The notes under the pieces were generated by a model that saw only the letters and a program-made list of their open reading frames with translations, made no database searches and was not told the DNA's origin. Below, piece after piece: positions 34,975 through 44,807 of a stretch of 64,000 bases of DNA; position 1 is the stretch's first letter, and every line of letters begins with the position of its first letter. This DNA is from an uncultured bacterium (GTDB lineage: Bacteria > Patescibacteriota > Saccharimonadia > Saccharimonadales > Saccharimonadaceae), in assembly GCA_903900345.1 (NCBI GenBank), contig CAIUMO010000001.1, forward strand, positions 16,960 through 80,959, given 5' to 3'. Position numbers and translations under genes: made by a program.

Positions 34975-35541
34975 ATGACTCCAACAAAAACAAAATTCAT
35001 GTCGTTGCCGTTATGGGTTTACATCGTCAGTTGGCTATTTTTTGTTTATTTGTTCGTTCAAATCCTAAGCTTTCGCGCTGATAATTCAAATAATGTTATC
35101 TTGAGCGGCCTTTATTTCGTAGAGTTTGGCGTCCACGAAGTGTCGCATATGATTGTGTCGTTTTTGCCACAAATCTATGTCGCAATCGCTGGATCATTGG
35201 GCGAAATTAGTTTTACAATTCTAATTTTATACGCTACTATCAAAGCTAAATCATATTTCGCAAGTATTTTCGCTAGTCTGTGGACGATGTTAGCAATGAA
35301 CTGCGTCGGCATCTATATGGCTGATGCCAGAACTCAATTGCTACCACTAGCAGGCCCAAGTGAGACCGTTTATCATGACTGGCATTATATATTCGGCCAA
35401 CTTGGCTGGCTAAACGCTGATGGAATTATTGGCGGTACGGTTCGAGGTATTGGTGATGTCGTCGGGGTCGCAGCTTTAATATTTGGATTGGTTTTAATAG
35501 TAATCAAGATTAAATTAAGTCGCGAAAGAAATCGTAGTTAA
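34975..35541 (+). CDS. Polytopic membrane protein with an HExxH motif (putative zincin peptidase, DUF3267-like)
   Basis: 188 aa, about 5 hydrophobic segments. HEVSH follows the second one. Confidence 0.45.
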   Translation: MTPTKTKFMSLPLWVYIVSWLFFVYLFVQILSFRADNSNNVILSGLYFVEFGVHEVSHMIVSFLPQIYVAIAGSLGEISFTILILYATIKAKSYFASIFASLWTMLAMNCVGIYMADARTQLLPLAGPSETVYHDWHYIFGQLGWLNADGIIGGTVRGIGDVVGVAALIFGLVLIVIKIKLSRERNRS

Positions 35542-35553
35542 TTCGTTATCAGA

Positions 35554-36753
35554 TTATTCATAACGCATAGCGTTGAGAGGACTGATTTTGGTTGTACGGC
35601 GCGTTGGGTAAAGACCGGCCAATAAACTGATGATGACAGATATTACCACAATCGATACAACTAATAATTCTGGGAAATACATTATACTTACTGCCGTATT
35701 ACCGCTTCCGGCTGCCATAGTGTAGATCATGTAGTTAATAGTTTGACCGATAGCCATACTAACCGACACGCCAATTAGACCTCCAGCCAGACCGATGATT
35801 AATGCTTCCGTCATAAAAATGCGACGAATGTAAACTTTTCTAACACCAAGAATCTTCATCAACCCGACCTCCCTGGTCTTTTCGATAAGCGATATGGTCA
35901 TTGTGTTAAAAATGCCAAGGGTAGCAACGATAACCGAAATCATACCGACAGAGACTAAGATAATCTGGAAAACTTGGAAGAATTGGTTAACCTGATCAAT
36001 CGTGTCTTTGACTGTGCTGACCTTAAACTCCATAAATTCAATCTGTGATTTGACCTTCGCAACGTCATTGACGCTCTTTAGTTGAACTTTGAGGGCGCTA
36101 TAGCGATCAACACCAAGGTCGGTGATAGTTTTTAGTGGTACAAAGGCGTACGATGTTTTGCCGTCGTCAGTAATGCCAGTTATTGTAGCGCTGATGGTTT
36201 TGATCTGAGTTACAGCCGTTTTATCGGTAAATAAATCAGTTCGTAGCACCAGACGCAAATCAATTTTTTGTCCAACCAAAGTTCCTGGAGCTTTGGTAGT
36301 TAACTTGTTGGCTAGCGTAGTGTTCAGTACAACTGCCTCGCTAGCGTCATGAGCATAGATTTTACCACTAACCATTTTGGGGTTAATAATATTAAGTAAG
36401 TCGTTGTTAGTACCGTAAATAACACCGTCTGACTTGGATTCGCCAACTCGAGCGTCGCCGGCCACAGCGATCTGGGGATAGATTTTAGCAACTTCAGAAA
36501 AGTCTTTTATCTGGTTAATAGCTGTGTTATCTAGGCTGATTACTTTTGATGAGCCGTTTGAAACGTCGATATTTTTGAGGGTATCGCCGTTAGCTATCTG
36601 TGCAGTGGCGGCTCGCTGCAAGCCATAACTAAATGCCATCAGTAAACAGACAAAACCAACGCTAATCGCTACGCCAGCAACAGTCAAAAAGGTTCGCAAT
36701 TTACGTCGCAATAAGTTCTTGATAGCCAATCTTAATATGTATGAATATTTCAT
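35554..36753 (-). CDS. ABC transporter permease, FtsX/MacB type
   Basis: 399 aa. TM1, ~230-aa extracytoplasmic domain, then 3 C-terminal TMs (FtsX-like). ATGA overlap with the upstream ATPase gene. Confidence 0.85.
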   Translation of the reverse strand: MKYSYILRLAIKNLLRRKLRTFLTVAGVAISVGFVCLLMAFSYGLQRAATAQIANGDTLKNIDVSNGSSKVISLDNTAINQIKDFSEVAKIYPQIAVAGDARVGESKSDGVIYGTNNDLLNIINPKMVSGKIYAHDASEAVVLNTTLANKLTTKAPGTLVGQKIDLRLVLRTDLFTDKTAVTQIKTISATITGITDDGKTSYAFVPLKTITDLGVDRYSALKVQLKSVNDVAKVKSQIEFMEFKVSTVKDTIDQVNQFFQVFQIILVSVGMISVIVATLGIFNTMTISLIEKTREVGLMKILGVRKVYIRRIFMTEALIIGLAGGLIGVSVSMAIGQTINYMIYTMAAGSGNTAVSIMYFPELLVVSIVVISVIISLLAGLYPTRRTTKISPLNAMRYE

Positions 36754-37499
36754 TTTATAGCCCCACCAACGAAATTGTCTTTTTGGCGACCATAAACTAA
36801 ATCTTTAACGCTAATATGGCTGATTTTGCCGTCCACCATATTTATGATTTTAGTGGCATATTCAGAGTAAATCGGGTTATGAGTTACCATTACGATAGTG
36901 TGCTTATATTCTCGGTTTAGCATTTCAAACTGTTGCATAATACTAACCGCCGAAGCTGTATCCAGGTTGCCAGTCGGTTCGTCAGTCATAATAATTGGCG
37001 GATTTGTAATAAGGGCGCGACAGATCGCGACTTTAGTCTGTTGACCACCAGACAGTTCGGTTGGTGTGTATTTTGCATGACCTTCCAGGCCAGACATTAT
37101 CAGGCTGCTTTTGGCTTGCGATAGACTGCGCCTATGACGACTGCCAATGATATCTAATGGAAAGGCTACATTCTCAATCACATTAAGGGATTTAATCCAG
37201 TTAGATTGCTGATAAACAACGCCAAAATTCTTTTGACGGAACAGAGTTCTATTGTCTTCGTCAAAATTGTAAACATTACGCCCCTGAACATTAACATGTC
37301 CAGCACTAGGCGGCTCTAGGCCAATAATAGTATTAAACAGCGTGCTTTTGCCGCAACCCGAAGGTCCAAGTATAACCACAAATTCACCTGGTAAAATCTC
37401 TAAATCAATATCAATAAGAACAGGAATATTATCCTTACCAACCTTGTAGCTTTTATGTAGCCCCTTAACGGTGATTATTGGATGGTTAGAGTTAATCAT
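36750..37499 (-). CDS. ABC transporter ATP-binding protein (MacB/LolD-like)
   Basis: Walker A GPSGCGKST, signature LSGGQQTK, Walker B IIMTDEPT. Confidence 0.92.
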   Translation of the reverse strand: MINSNHPIITVKGLHKSYKVGKDNIPVLIDIDLEILPGEFVVILGPSGCGKSTLFNTIIGLEPPSAGHVNVQGRNVYNFDEDNRTLFRQKNFGVVYQQSNWIKSLNVIENVAFPLDIIGSRHRRSLSQAKSSLIMSGLEGHAKYTPTELSGGQQTKVAICRALITNPPIIMTDEPTGNLDTASAVSIMQQFEMLNREYKHTIVMVTHNPIYSEYATKIINMVDGKISHISVKDLVYGRQKDNFVGGAIK

Positions 37500-37542
37500 A
37501 TTATTTCGTAATTATATCCCACTATTAGCTTTAGCACTATCA

Positions 37543-40530
37543 TCACTTAAATAACCATCCAAAAGTACCCTGCAAAGACTTCAAGACCGTATCAAGTATT
37601 GATGATTGAATGAAACCAGTTAAGGCACTGCCAGCCTCTGACTTGGCCGTATTGTTTGAAGCATCAGCCGAAACGACCCTGAAATAATACGAGCTGGATG
37701 GCTTTAGGTCTCGCAAGATAACAACATGCGAAGACGACAATGAACCATCTTTGGCGGTACTCATTGGATAGCTGTCGCCCGTAATGCCCTCAGCATATTC
37801 AACCTGCGAAGTGGACGGTTCATCAGTGTCCCAAGATACGACAATTTGAGCGACAGTGTCCAGACCATAACCAGATGTAGTTGATTCAGTGACAATATTA
37901 GATATACCTGGTGGTCGAGTATCATAGGCTGTGGTTACTCGATTAGAGTCCGAGATAGCCAAATTACCATAGGCGTCTCGTCCCTCTGCAGCCATACGGT
38001 AAACAGTATTATCCTTCAGATTAGGCACCAGAATTGAGTGCTTGGTCGATAAGGTTGACAATGAAGTCTCCTTGGCACTAGTTGAGCTGCCTTCATAGGT
38101 CAAGACAGTTGAAGTCGTTGGCACATTAGAATCCCAAGATACTTTCAGTGTTGATGTGGCAGTGTTGTGTTGCTGCTCAAAGGTAACGTTAGATATTCGC
38201 GGCATCATCAAAGTATCAAAGTTGTAATCATCCGACACCAGATTATTACCATCTGTGTCAGTGCCAATAATCTTGAAATGGTAAGTACTCGAATTAGATA
38301 GATTTGTAAGTTTGACGTTATGTGTAGTGACACCCGAGCCAGAATTATCAGATAACTCCTGGCCATAAGTATTGGTTAGTCCATAATATATTTTAGACGT
38401 CGCGATAGTCGTTGTTTTCCAGCTAATAATCGCCGACGTCAGATTAATATCTGACACAGTCACTTCGGCTACACCTGGCGCAACATCGGTTTTGAAGCTA
38501 TATTCTGTCGAATAGGCAGTATCGGCAGCATAATCCCGATTGTCATCAAGTGATTGGACTTTAAAGTAGTAGCCAGTGCCAGGCTGTAAACCAGTTAGCA
38601 ACACCTTGTGAGCGGTGACATTATCGATTTGACCACGACTTTCTGCATAGGATTTGTCTGTTGAGTAGGCGACCGAAGATGATGATGGACGATCAGTTGA
38701 CCACGTAATCACAGCCGTAGTTGCCGTAGCTTTAAAGTCAGGCCCAGATACAATCAAAGGTGGTTCAGTGAATTTGCCGGTTGGCATCTTTGTCACAACA
38801 GACGAAAAGGCAGATTCTGCACCGGCATTATCGACAGCTGTCATCTTATAAGAATAGGTAGATGTCGACGATAAACTAGTGTCTGTGTAGGCTACCGAGC
38901 TAATTGAAGCAACTTTGTTATATGTTGTTTGATCAGTTGATCGATAAACGTAATATTTACTGACCGTACCAGCCGATGGCGCCTGCCATTTGACGGTCAA
39001 GGCCCAATCACTCGCACCTCTGTCTGAGCTGTCTGATATTAATGGCCTATTTGGTATTCCAGGAGCAACTGTGTTACATTCGAACCTGATTTCAGAGTAA
39101 TTGCCCCAATTGATCTGACCTGAATTATCAACCGCTACAACGTAAAAGGTATTAAAGCCCTGTTGGGTAGCAGCTGGCATAGCACCAGTTGTAAGTGCTG
39201 TAGTGTAAACAGAATTATTGATACTTGGTTGCGCATTAACAGAGTAGTAATAGCCTTTAACGCCACTGATTGATGTTGGTTCAGTCCAACTGAAAGTAAA
39301 GCTATTTGCGACCGCATTTGGAGGTGTGACAGCTAAACTACCAGGAGTAGCCGGTGCTTCACCGTTATAGTAATAATGAACAATAGTATAGCCGTCGGAC
39401 ACGTTACCAGCTATATCAACACTGCGAACATAAAAATCATTTTGACCATTTTGATAGGATGTCATATTAGTAATATTGAGTACTGGAACAGTCACACTCC
39501 AATTATCGCCACCGCCGGCCCGCTTGTACTGATAACCAGCCATACCAGATGCACCGGTGCCACTGTCATAACCAGCTGGCCAACTGAAGTCAAAGTTATT
39601 AGTTGTCGACCAGCCAACTGGCGAAACAGTGATATAGGCCGGATTAGTCGGTTTAGTTATATCGTATTTGTAATTAAACAACGTCGCTGAAGCGCTGCGA
39701 TTGCCAACTTGATCAATTGTTTGCATTATCAAATAATATTGTTGGCCATCATTAGCCTGATCAATCGTGTAGGTCGCGCTTATACCCGTCTGATAACTGC
39801 CAGCGGTATATGGATTTGCCGTGCTATCGGTGCCGAAGTAGACATAATATCCAGCAACGCCAGATGGTACAGTAACTTCAGAGTTATCATCTGGGGCATC
39901 CCAATTAAATGACACTGATGAATAGTTATAATAATGACTAGTGACAAGCGAGGCGCTGCCAGGATTACCGACAGGTGTTACATGATCAGGATTATTAGGA
40001 GCTAGTACGTCTAAATAAAATGCTGGCGCTGAAACTCCGTTAAAGTCCACCCATCCCAAATCTTGACTCCAGGCGTAACCATGAAAAACACCAGTTCCTG
40101 ATGCAATTGTTACGTTAGCGCCAGTTGGCGTAGCATTAAAATCAATAAAATTACCAGTATCAAGCACCTTAGCTTTGCCACCCAAGACGCCGTGTAGATC
40201 AGCAACGACTGGGCCGCTTGGATTTTCATTACCACCACCAAAATATATCCAACCAAGCTCGGTACTCCAGGCATAACCTGCCATTTGCCTGGTATTATAA
40301 TCAATTGTCACATTAGTATGATGATCAGATGAGTCGAATACTATTTGATTACTAGTGTTAACAAATGTCGCGGTGCTTGTTTCAGATATTGGGATGGTAG
40401 TAGAGGCAAAAAGCTTAGCAACAATAATTAGGGGTACCACAATAACCGCAGTCGCGATTATCAAAATAATGAAAAACGTACGCGAATGCCAGAAGTTGGT
40501 CTTGACGCTCAGATCATCACCCACAAACAC
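37543..40530 (-). CDS. 995-aa membrane-anchored surface protein with a GYAWS..LGW repeat region and multiple Fn3 / purple-acid-phosphatase-N-like repeats
   Basis: N-terminal signal anchor FFIILIIATAVIVVPLIIV. Two GYAWS(T/Q)(E/D)LGW(I/V).F units. At least 4 C-terminal repeats of type ..(I/V)(S/T)W.T...(S/T)(S/T)..V.Y........H.V.L..L.P.T.Y.F.V.S. Confidence 0.8.
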   Translation of the reverse strand: MFVGDDLSVKTNFWHSRTFFIILIIATAVIVVPLIIVAKLFASTTIPISETSTATFVNTSNQIVFDSSDHHTNVTIDYNTRQMAGYAWSTELGWIYFGGGNENPSGPVVADLHGVLGGKAKVLDTGNFIDFNATPTGANVTIASGTGVFHGYAWSQDLGWVDFNGVSAPAFYLDVLAPNNPDHVTPVGNPGSASLVTSHYYNYSSVSFNWDAPDDNSEVTVPSGVAGYYVYFGTDSTANPYTAGSYQTGISATYTIDQANDGQQYYLIMQTIDQVGNRSASATLFNYKYDITKPTNPAYITVSPVGWSTTNNFDFSWPAGYDSGTGASGMAGYQYKRAGGGDNWSVTVPVLNITNMTSYQNGQNDFYVRSVDIAGNVSDGYTIVHYYYNGEAPATPGSLAVTPPNAVANSFTFSWTEPTSISGVKGYYYSVNAQPSINNSVYTTALTTGAMPAATQQGFNTFYVVAVDNSGQINWGNYSEIRFECNTVAPGIPNRPLISDSSDRGASDWALTVKWQAPSAGTVSKYYVYRSTDQTTYNKVASISSVAYTDTSLSSTSTYSYKMTAVDNAGAESAFSSVVTKMPTGKFTEPPLIVSGPDFKATATTAVITWSTDRPSSSSVAYSTDKSYAESRGQIDNVTAHKVLLTGLQPGTGYYFKVQSLDDNRDYAADTAYSTEYSFKTDVAPGVAEVTVSDINLTSAIISWKTTTIATSKIYYGLTNTYGQELSDNSGSGVTTHNVKLTNLSNSSTYHFKIIGTDTDGNNLVSDDYNFDTLMMPRISNVTFEQQHNTATSTLKVSWDSNVPTTSTVLTYEGSSTSAKETSLSTLSTKHSILVPNLKDNTVYRMAAEGRDAYGNLAISDSNRVTTAYDTRPPGISNIVTESTTSGYGLDTVAQIVVSWDTDEPSTSQVEYAEGITGDSYPMSTAKDGSLSSSHVVILRDLKPSSSYYFRVVSADASNNTAKSEAGSALTGFIQSSILDTVLKSLQGTFGWLFK

Positions 40531-40550
40531 CCGCCCCCTTCACATATTTA

Positions 40551-41384
40551 TTATCTAACACAACGCACTTGGTTCGTAGTTGTCTTGGCGTAGTAGAACA
40601 CTTGACCGTTGGCTAAGCCTACGATCCACGCGTACGAATTACCAACGTCTAACTCCGTCGATGCCCAAAAGTTCCACCAAGGCTGACTCAAGTTAAAGTA
40701 AGTGCCGTCTATATAGGCTTGTGTCAACTCCTTCTGAGTCGGCAGGCGCCAGCCATTACCCATACTAGAGCACAGTGTAATCGCAGTTTTGTAACCGACA
40801 GCTACATTGTCGGCAGCCGATGAACCCCAACTCCAGTTAGCAGAACCTGTCGCACTAAAAGTGACCGTACCGGCACTATTAACTAGCAAGTTACTCCAAA
40901 TAAGACCAGATATAGGGTCTTGCTTCTCGGTACCAGTGATACTATCAGTTGGAGTCGTCCAAACGATTGTGTCGGTACAGTTGGTCGTTTGTGTTGCTGC
41001 CGAATCAATGTTGTCTGAATATTGCTGAGTTGGGCAGTTTCCAGGAGCCAATAGAGTACCAGTTTGTAGAGTGCGGCTAGAATTATAAAATGTTTTACCA
41101 CTGATCACATTGGCAGCCGTTATCGTACCGTTTGGCACCCATTGTGCCGCTGTTTTGATACGATTCCATGACACGCCCCAGTCAGGTGAAGCACTGTCAC
41201 TACCATAGCTAGCTGACAGTAGAGCAGTCGTCAGCGAGCTGATATATGAAGTCGAACCACTCTCTGGTGAATTACCAACCTTTTCACCGTAGGCGCGAGC
41301 CCAGATACCAAGACTAAATATTGCAACTACGACTATTATTCCAAGACTGAATTGAGACTTATTTATAGATAACTTCTTTGCCAT
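40551..41384 (-). CDS. Secreted/anchored protein with C-terminal DUF1566 (Lcl C-terminal, C-type-lectin-like) domain
   Basis: ORF runs to 41402; ATG 41384 (MAKKLSINK) is preferred. Signal anchor present. C-terminus GNGWRLPTQKELTQAY...WAST......AW.V....G........NQVRCVR is DUF1566-like. Confidence 0.6.
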   Translation of the reverse strand: MAKKLSINKSQFSLGIIVVVAIFSLGIWARAYGEKVGNSPESGSTSYISSLTTALLSASYGSDSASPDWGVSWNRIKTAAQWVPNGTITAANVISGKTFYNSSRTLQTGTLLAPGNCPTQQYSDNIDSAATQTTNCTDTIVWTTPTDSITGTEKQDPISGLIWSNLLVNSAGTVTFSATGSANWSWGSSAADNVAVGYKTAITLCSSMGNGWRLPTQKELTQAYIDGTYFNLSQPWWNFWASTELDVGNSYAWIVGLANGQVFYYAKTTTNQVRCVR

Positions 41385-41570
41385 AACCCCGTAACCCCAC
41401 ATCCCACATTTCGCATTAATTTAATTATGCTTATGCCTCTATATTAACATACTGGCGATTTGTATCAATATAAAAATATTGGATGCAATTTGGGGTTTAT
41501 ATTGTTGTACTATCTATCTATTCTCCATCAAAAGTGAAGAAGTAAATAACTAAATGCTATACTGATCAAT

Positions 41571-42086
41571 ATGAAAAGACTACTAACGATTCACGAATCG
41601 GATATTTATCTAGGCAAAGACAATATTGACCCCAAAGATTTCAGGGAACGCAGCGCCGCACGGGCTGTGGTTTTAAATAGCAACAACCAGGTAGCACTAC
41701 TGAAGGCTAATACGTTCAATTATCATAAGCTGCCAGGCGGTGGAGTTGAAGACAACGAGGATATGCAGCTTGCCTTAAAAAGGGAATTGCTCGAAGAAAT
41801 CGGCTGCGCTGCCGACGTCATCGCTGAAGTTGGCGAGGTAGTAGAATATCGCGACAAATGGGGCCTAAAGCAAACATCTCATTGTTATTTAGTAAAACAA
41901 GTCGGCGAGCAGCAAGCTCCATCTTTTACGCAAAGTGAAATAGATGAAGGTTTTGAAATTATTTGGGCCGATAATATTGACTCAGCAATCGAATTATTAA
42001 AGCAAGATCAGCCGCAAAATTATGATGGCTTATTTATTCAACGCCGAGACACAGCCCTACTTCAGGCCGCTAAAGAATCTATTTAA
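41571..42086 (+). CDS. NUDIX hydrolase
   Basis: Nudix box GGGVEDNEDMQLALKRELLEEIGC. Confidence 0.85.
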   Translation: MKRLLTIHESDIYLGKDNIDPKDFRERSAARAVVLNSNNQVALLKANTFNYHKLPGGGVEDNEDMQLALKRELLEEIGCAADVIAEVGEVVEYRDKWGLKQTSHCYLVKQVGEQQAPSFTQSEIDEGFEIIWADNIDSAIELLKQDQPQNYDGLFIQRRDTALLQAAKESI

Positions 42087-42140
42087 CACTTGTCAGATTG
42101 ACAAGTTTAAAGTATTATTAAATGATAAATAAGGTTTGAA

Positions 42141-43316
42141 ATGCGCTGGAAAATATACTTTTGGTTTTTTGCAATCTCGGGAATATCAAGTGTCTACACG
42201 ATCTTCACTAATCCGGCCTATTCATCGGCCAATCTACCTTTTGTTTACGTTGATTACGTACTAAGTGCCGCAGCTGCTTGTGGCCTGTTCTTTTTCGCGT
42301 ATGGCAAAAAGGCAGTTAATTCAAGATCGTGGCAAATTCTGGCTGGCATATTTATCGGCTACGACGTTATTATTAATTTAACCGTCAGACAAATCACCAG
42401 CAATCATGCCGGCGTACTTGCCGATACACTAGTCCTTATTATGGGTTTTATCTTAACGATGCCAGCATACATAGCTATCATATTATATTCACAAGGCAAG
42501 ATTAACTCTATTAAAAAAGCGGCTGTTAAACATAGTGCAGGTAAACCCGATAAGATCGTCTACTTTCAAAAATCTCCGACAGTCGTCGCCTTATCGTCAT
42601 TTTTTACTTACAATATTTATTCGGTTTACTGGTTTTATAAACAATGGCAAACCGCCAATAAAAATTCCGACAAAAAGCTAAACCCCTTACTGGGCGCCAT
42701 CTTTAATGTTTATTCGTCTTTGCCACTTTATACAATGGTGCAGAACTCGGCAAAGCAACACGGATATAAATCATACTATAACGGTCGCGTTCTTGCCGTA
42801 ATATATATAATCCTAGGGCTAGTTGCCGGCACATCAACTAAGATTATCGTCAAAGTATTGCCGTCAGAAATTATAAGGTTTTTACTAACAGTACTGGCAA
42901 TAACTTTCTGTATGAGCTTAATATTGTTTTTGACTCAAAAAGCCGCTAACTTCAGTAACTCAAAAGTTTTAGGTAAAAAGGCGCAACAACAAAAAGCATC
43001 AGTGGTCGAAAAGATATTTATTACGGTCGGCGTTATCTTCTTTATTGCGACATCGTCCATATTTGTATATTTTATCGCCACATACAGAACGCCGATTGGC
43101 ACTAGTTCACAAATACAACAGCAAAAATTAGTTCTAGATGATACAAATAATAAATACGATGCCTGCGCCAAAGAAATACAATCTGAATACGATAACCTCG
43201 ACACCACTAATGGAGCGGCTGTCGACGCCTACAACTTGCGACGTAATAGCTGTGAAGAAGTAAGACTACAGCAAAATGCTGCCGCACGAGAATATAATCG
43301 CTTACTGGGCTATTAG
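42141..43316 (+). CDS. Polytopic membrane protein (DUF4234-like central segment, coiled C-terminus)
   Basis: 391 aa with multiple hydrophobic segments. FFTYNIYSVYWFYKQW resembles the DUF4234 motif. Confidence 0.45.
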   Translation: MRWKIYFWFFAISGISSVYTIFTNPAYSSANLPFVYVDYVLSAAAACGLFFFAYGKKAVNSRSWQILAGIFIGYDVIINLTVRQITSNHAGVLADTLVLIMGFILTMPAYIAIILYSQGKINSIKKAAVKHSAGKPDKIVYFQKSPTVVALSSFFTYNIYSVYWFYKQWQTANKNSDKKLNPLLGAIFNVYSSLPLYTMVQNSAKQHGYKSYYNGRVLAVIYIILGLVAGTSTKIIVKVLPSEIIRFLLTVLAITFCMSLILFLTQKAANFSNSKVLGKKAQQQKASVVEKIFITVGVIFFIATSSIFVYFIATYRTPIGTSSQIQQQKLVLDDTNNKYDACAKEIQSEYDNLDTTNGAAVDAYNLRRNSCEEVRLQQNAAAREYNRLLGY

Positions 43317-43324
43317 ATAACAGC

Positions 43325-43990
43325 TTAGTTTGTAGCTAAAACCGTTAGCACGCCGATGTAATCACCGGTCACATTACATTCAATTGTTAGGTAGGTCTTT
43401 TTATCGCCAACCATGTAATTACTATACTCAATCTGAGATCGACCATCGCCTGTATCGTAGGTAGAAGCACCTTTGGTAGTTGGGTCTAGACCGACAGCGG
43501 TCATTGACTTATCAACCCATGGTTTGACGTTATCGATTCCAGCATCGCAAGATCCGAATTCTTTTTCTTGAATCTCGATATAGTTGGCGATTTGATCAGC
43601 ATTCATGGCTGTAATTCGAATAAAATATTTATCGTTTTCGCAGATGATAAGTTGCCCTGTGTATTTCGGATTAATTTGGCTAGCGCCACCATATTTAGCA
43701 ATCAAGGCCGTTAGGGAATAGCCCAAAAAGTCAGACATCAAGACTTTGTTTGGTATCGTGCAGTCTGCCGCACCAACCGAAGTAATGCCATTCGACACGA
43801 CAGTTATTGTTTTAGCAGTCGAGGTTGAATTAGATTTATTTACAATTGCACCTGAGTCGCTCTTTTTTGAAGTTGACAAAATAATGACTGTAATAATAAG
43901 GCCGATAATCACCAAAGCACCTAGCCCTATGCCAACAATAACCAAGTTTTTATTTTTGCCCTTAGACTTTCGCTTAGCTGAATCTAACAT
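43325..43990 (-). CDS. Membrane-anchored extracytoplasmic hypothetical protein
   Basis: 221 aa. Basic N-terminus, one TM helix (LVIVGIGLGALVIIGLIITVIIL), then an S/T-rich linker. Confidence 0.45.
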   Translation of the reverse strand: MLDSAKRKSKGKNKNLVIVGIGLGALVIIGLIITVIILSTSKKSDSGAIVNKSNSTSTAKTITVVSNGITSVGAADCTIPNKVLMSDFLGYSLTALIAKYGGASQINPKYTGQLIICENDKYFIRITAMNADQIANYIEIQEKEFGSCDAGIDNVKPWVDKSMTAVGLDPTTKGASTYDTGDGRSQIEYSNYMVGDKKTYLTIECNVTGDYIGVLTVLATN

Positions 43991-44096
43991 GATATTAAAA
44001 TAATAGCATAAATTCTAACTACAATAAACTAATACCTAATGCTGGTCTTCTAAATGCTTGTGTTATATATTAGTATTAACACTAATAGGGGTAGGT

Positions 44097-44807
44097 ATGG
44101 AACAAACTAACACCGAAACTTCTGTCGCTAACGACAAGAGGCCAATCGTAGTAATTGATAAGGTCGTTAGATCGTATAAGGTAAAGAAACAAACGATTCC
44201 AGCGATTAATGGCATTTCCTTAAGTATTAATGAAGGTGAGTTTGTGGTTTTGAACGGATCAAGCGGTAGTGGCAAAAGTACACTATTACAGCTAATCGGC
44301 GGCCTAGATAAACCAGATAGTGGCAATATTACAATCGACGGCGTCGATATCAAAAAGCTCAGCGATCATAAATTATCATTATTTCGTGGCAAGACAATAG
44401 GTTTTGTCTTTCAATTCTTTTATCTGCAGCCGTTTTTGCGACTGGGTCGTAATATCGAAGTACCAGGCATGTTTACACGCCTAAAGCGCAAGGAACGTAA
44501 ATTACGAGTTAAGCAATTGGCTGAAATCGTTGGATTATCCGACCGATTAAATCATTTTCCAGCCGAGTTATCCGGCGGCCAAATTCAACGAGCTGCTATT
44601 GTTCGCGCACTGTTAAATCAGCCCAAAATACTTCTAGCCGACGAACCAACCGGCAACCTCGACAGCACCAACAGCGCGGCAATCATTGATTTATTTGAAC
44701 AAATCAGACAACAATTCGGCACTACTATAATCGTGGCGACACATGATCCTAACATTGCCGCCCGCGCTGATCGAATAATAACCTTAAAAGATGGAGCAAT
44801 TATATGA
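44097..44807 (+). CDS. ABC transporter ATP-binding protein (MacB-like)
   Basis: Walker A GSSGSGKST, signature LSGGQIQR, Walker B LLADEPT. ATG 44097 is preferred over the TTG at 44058. Confidence 0.9.
   Translation: MEQTNTETSVANDKRPIVVIDKVVRSYKVKKQTIPAINGISLSINEGEFVVLNGSSGSGKSTLLQLIGGLDKPDSGNITIDGVDIKKLSDHKLSLFRGKTIGFVFQFFYLQPFLRLGRNIEVPGMFTRLKRKERKLRVKQLAEIVGLSDRLNHFPAELSGGQIQRAAIVRALLNQPKILLADEPTGNLDSTNSAAIIDLFEQIRQQFGTTIIVATHDPNIAARADRIITLKDGAII

Noticed and set aside
40551-40700. The DUF1566 C-terminus as the variable region of a diversity-generating retroelement, which is common in CPR
   Set aside because: No reverse transcriptase ORF (no YxDD motif protein) is present in the window. 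I could find no template-repeat copy of the gene's 3' end nearby. The ...VRCVR ending is simply the DUF1566 consensus.
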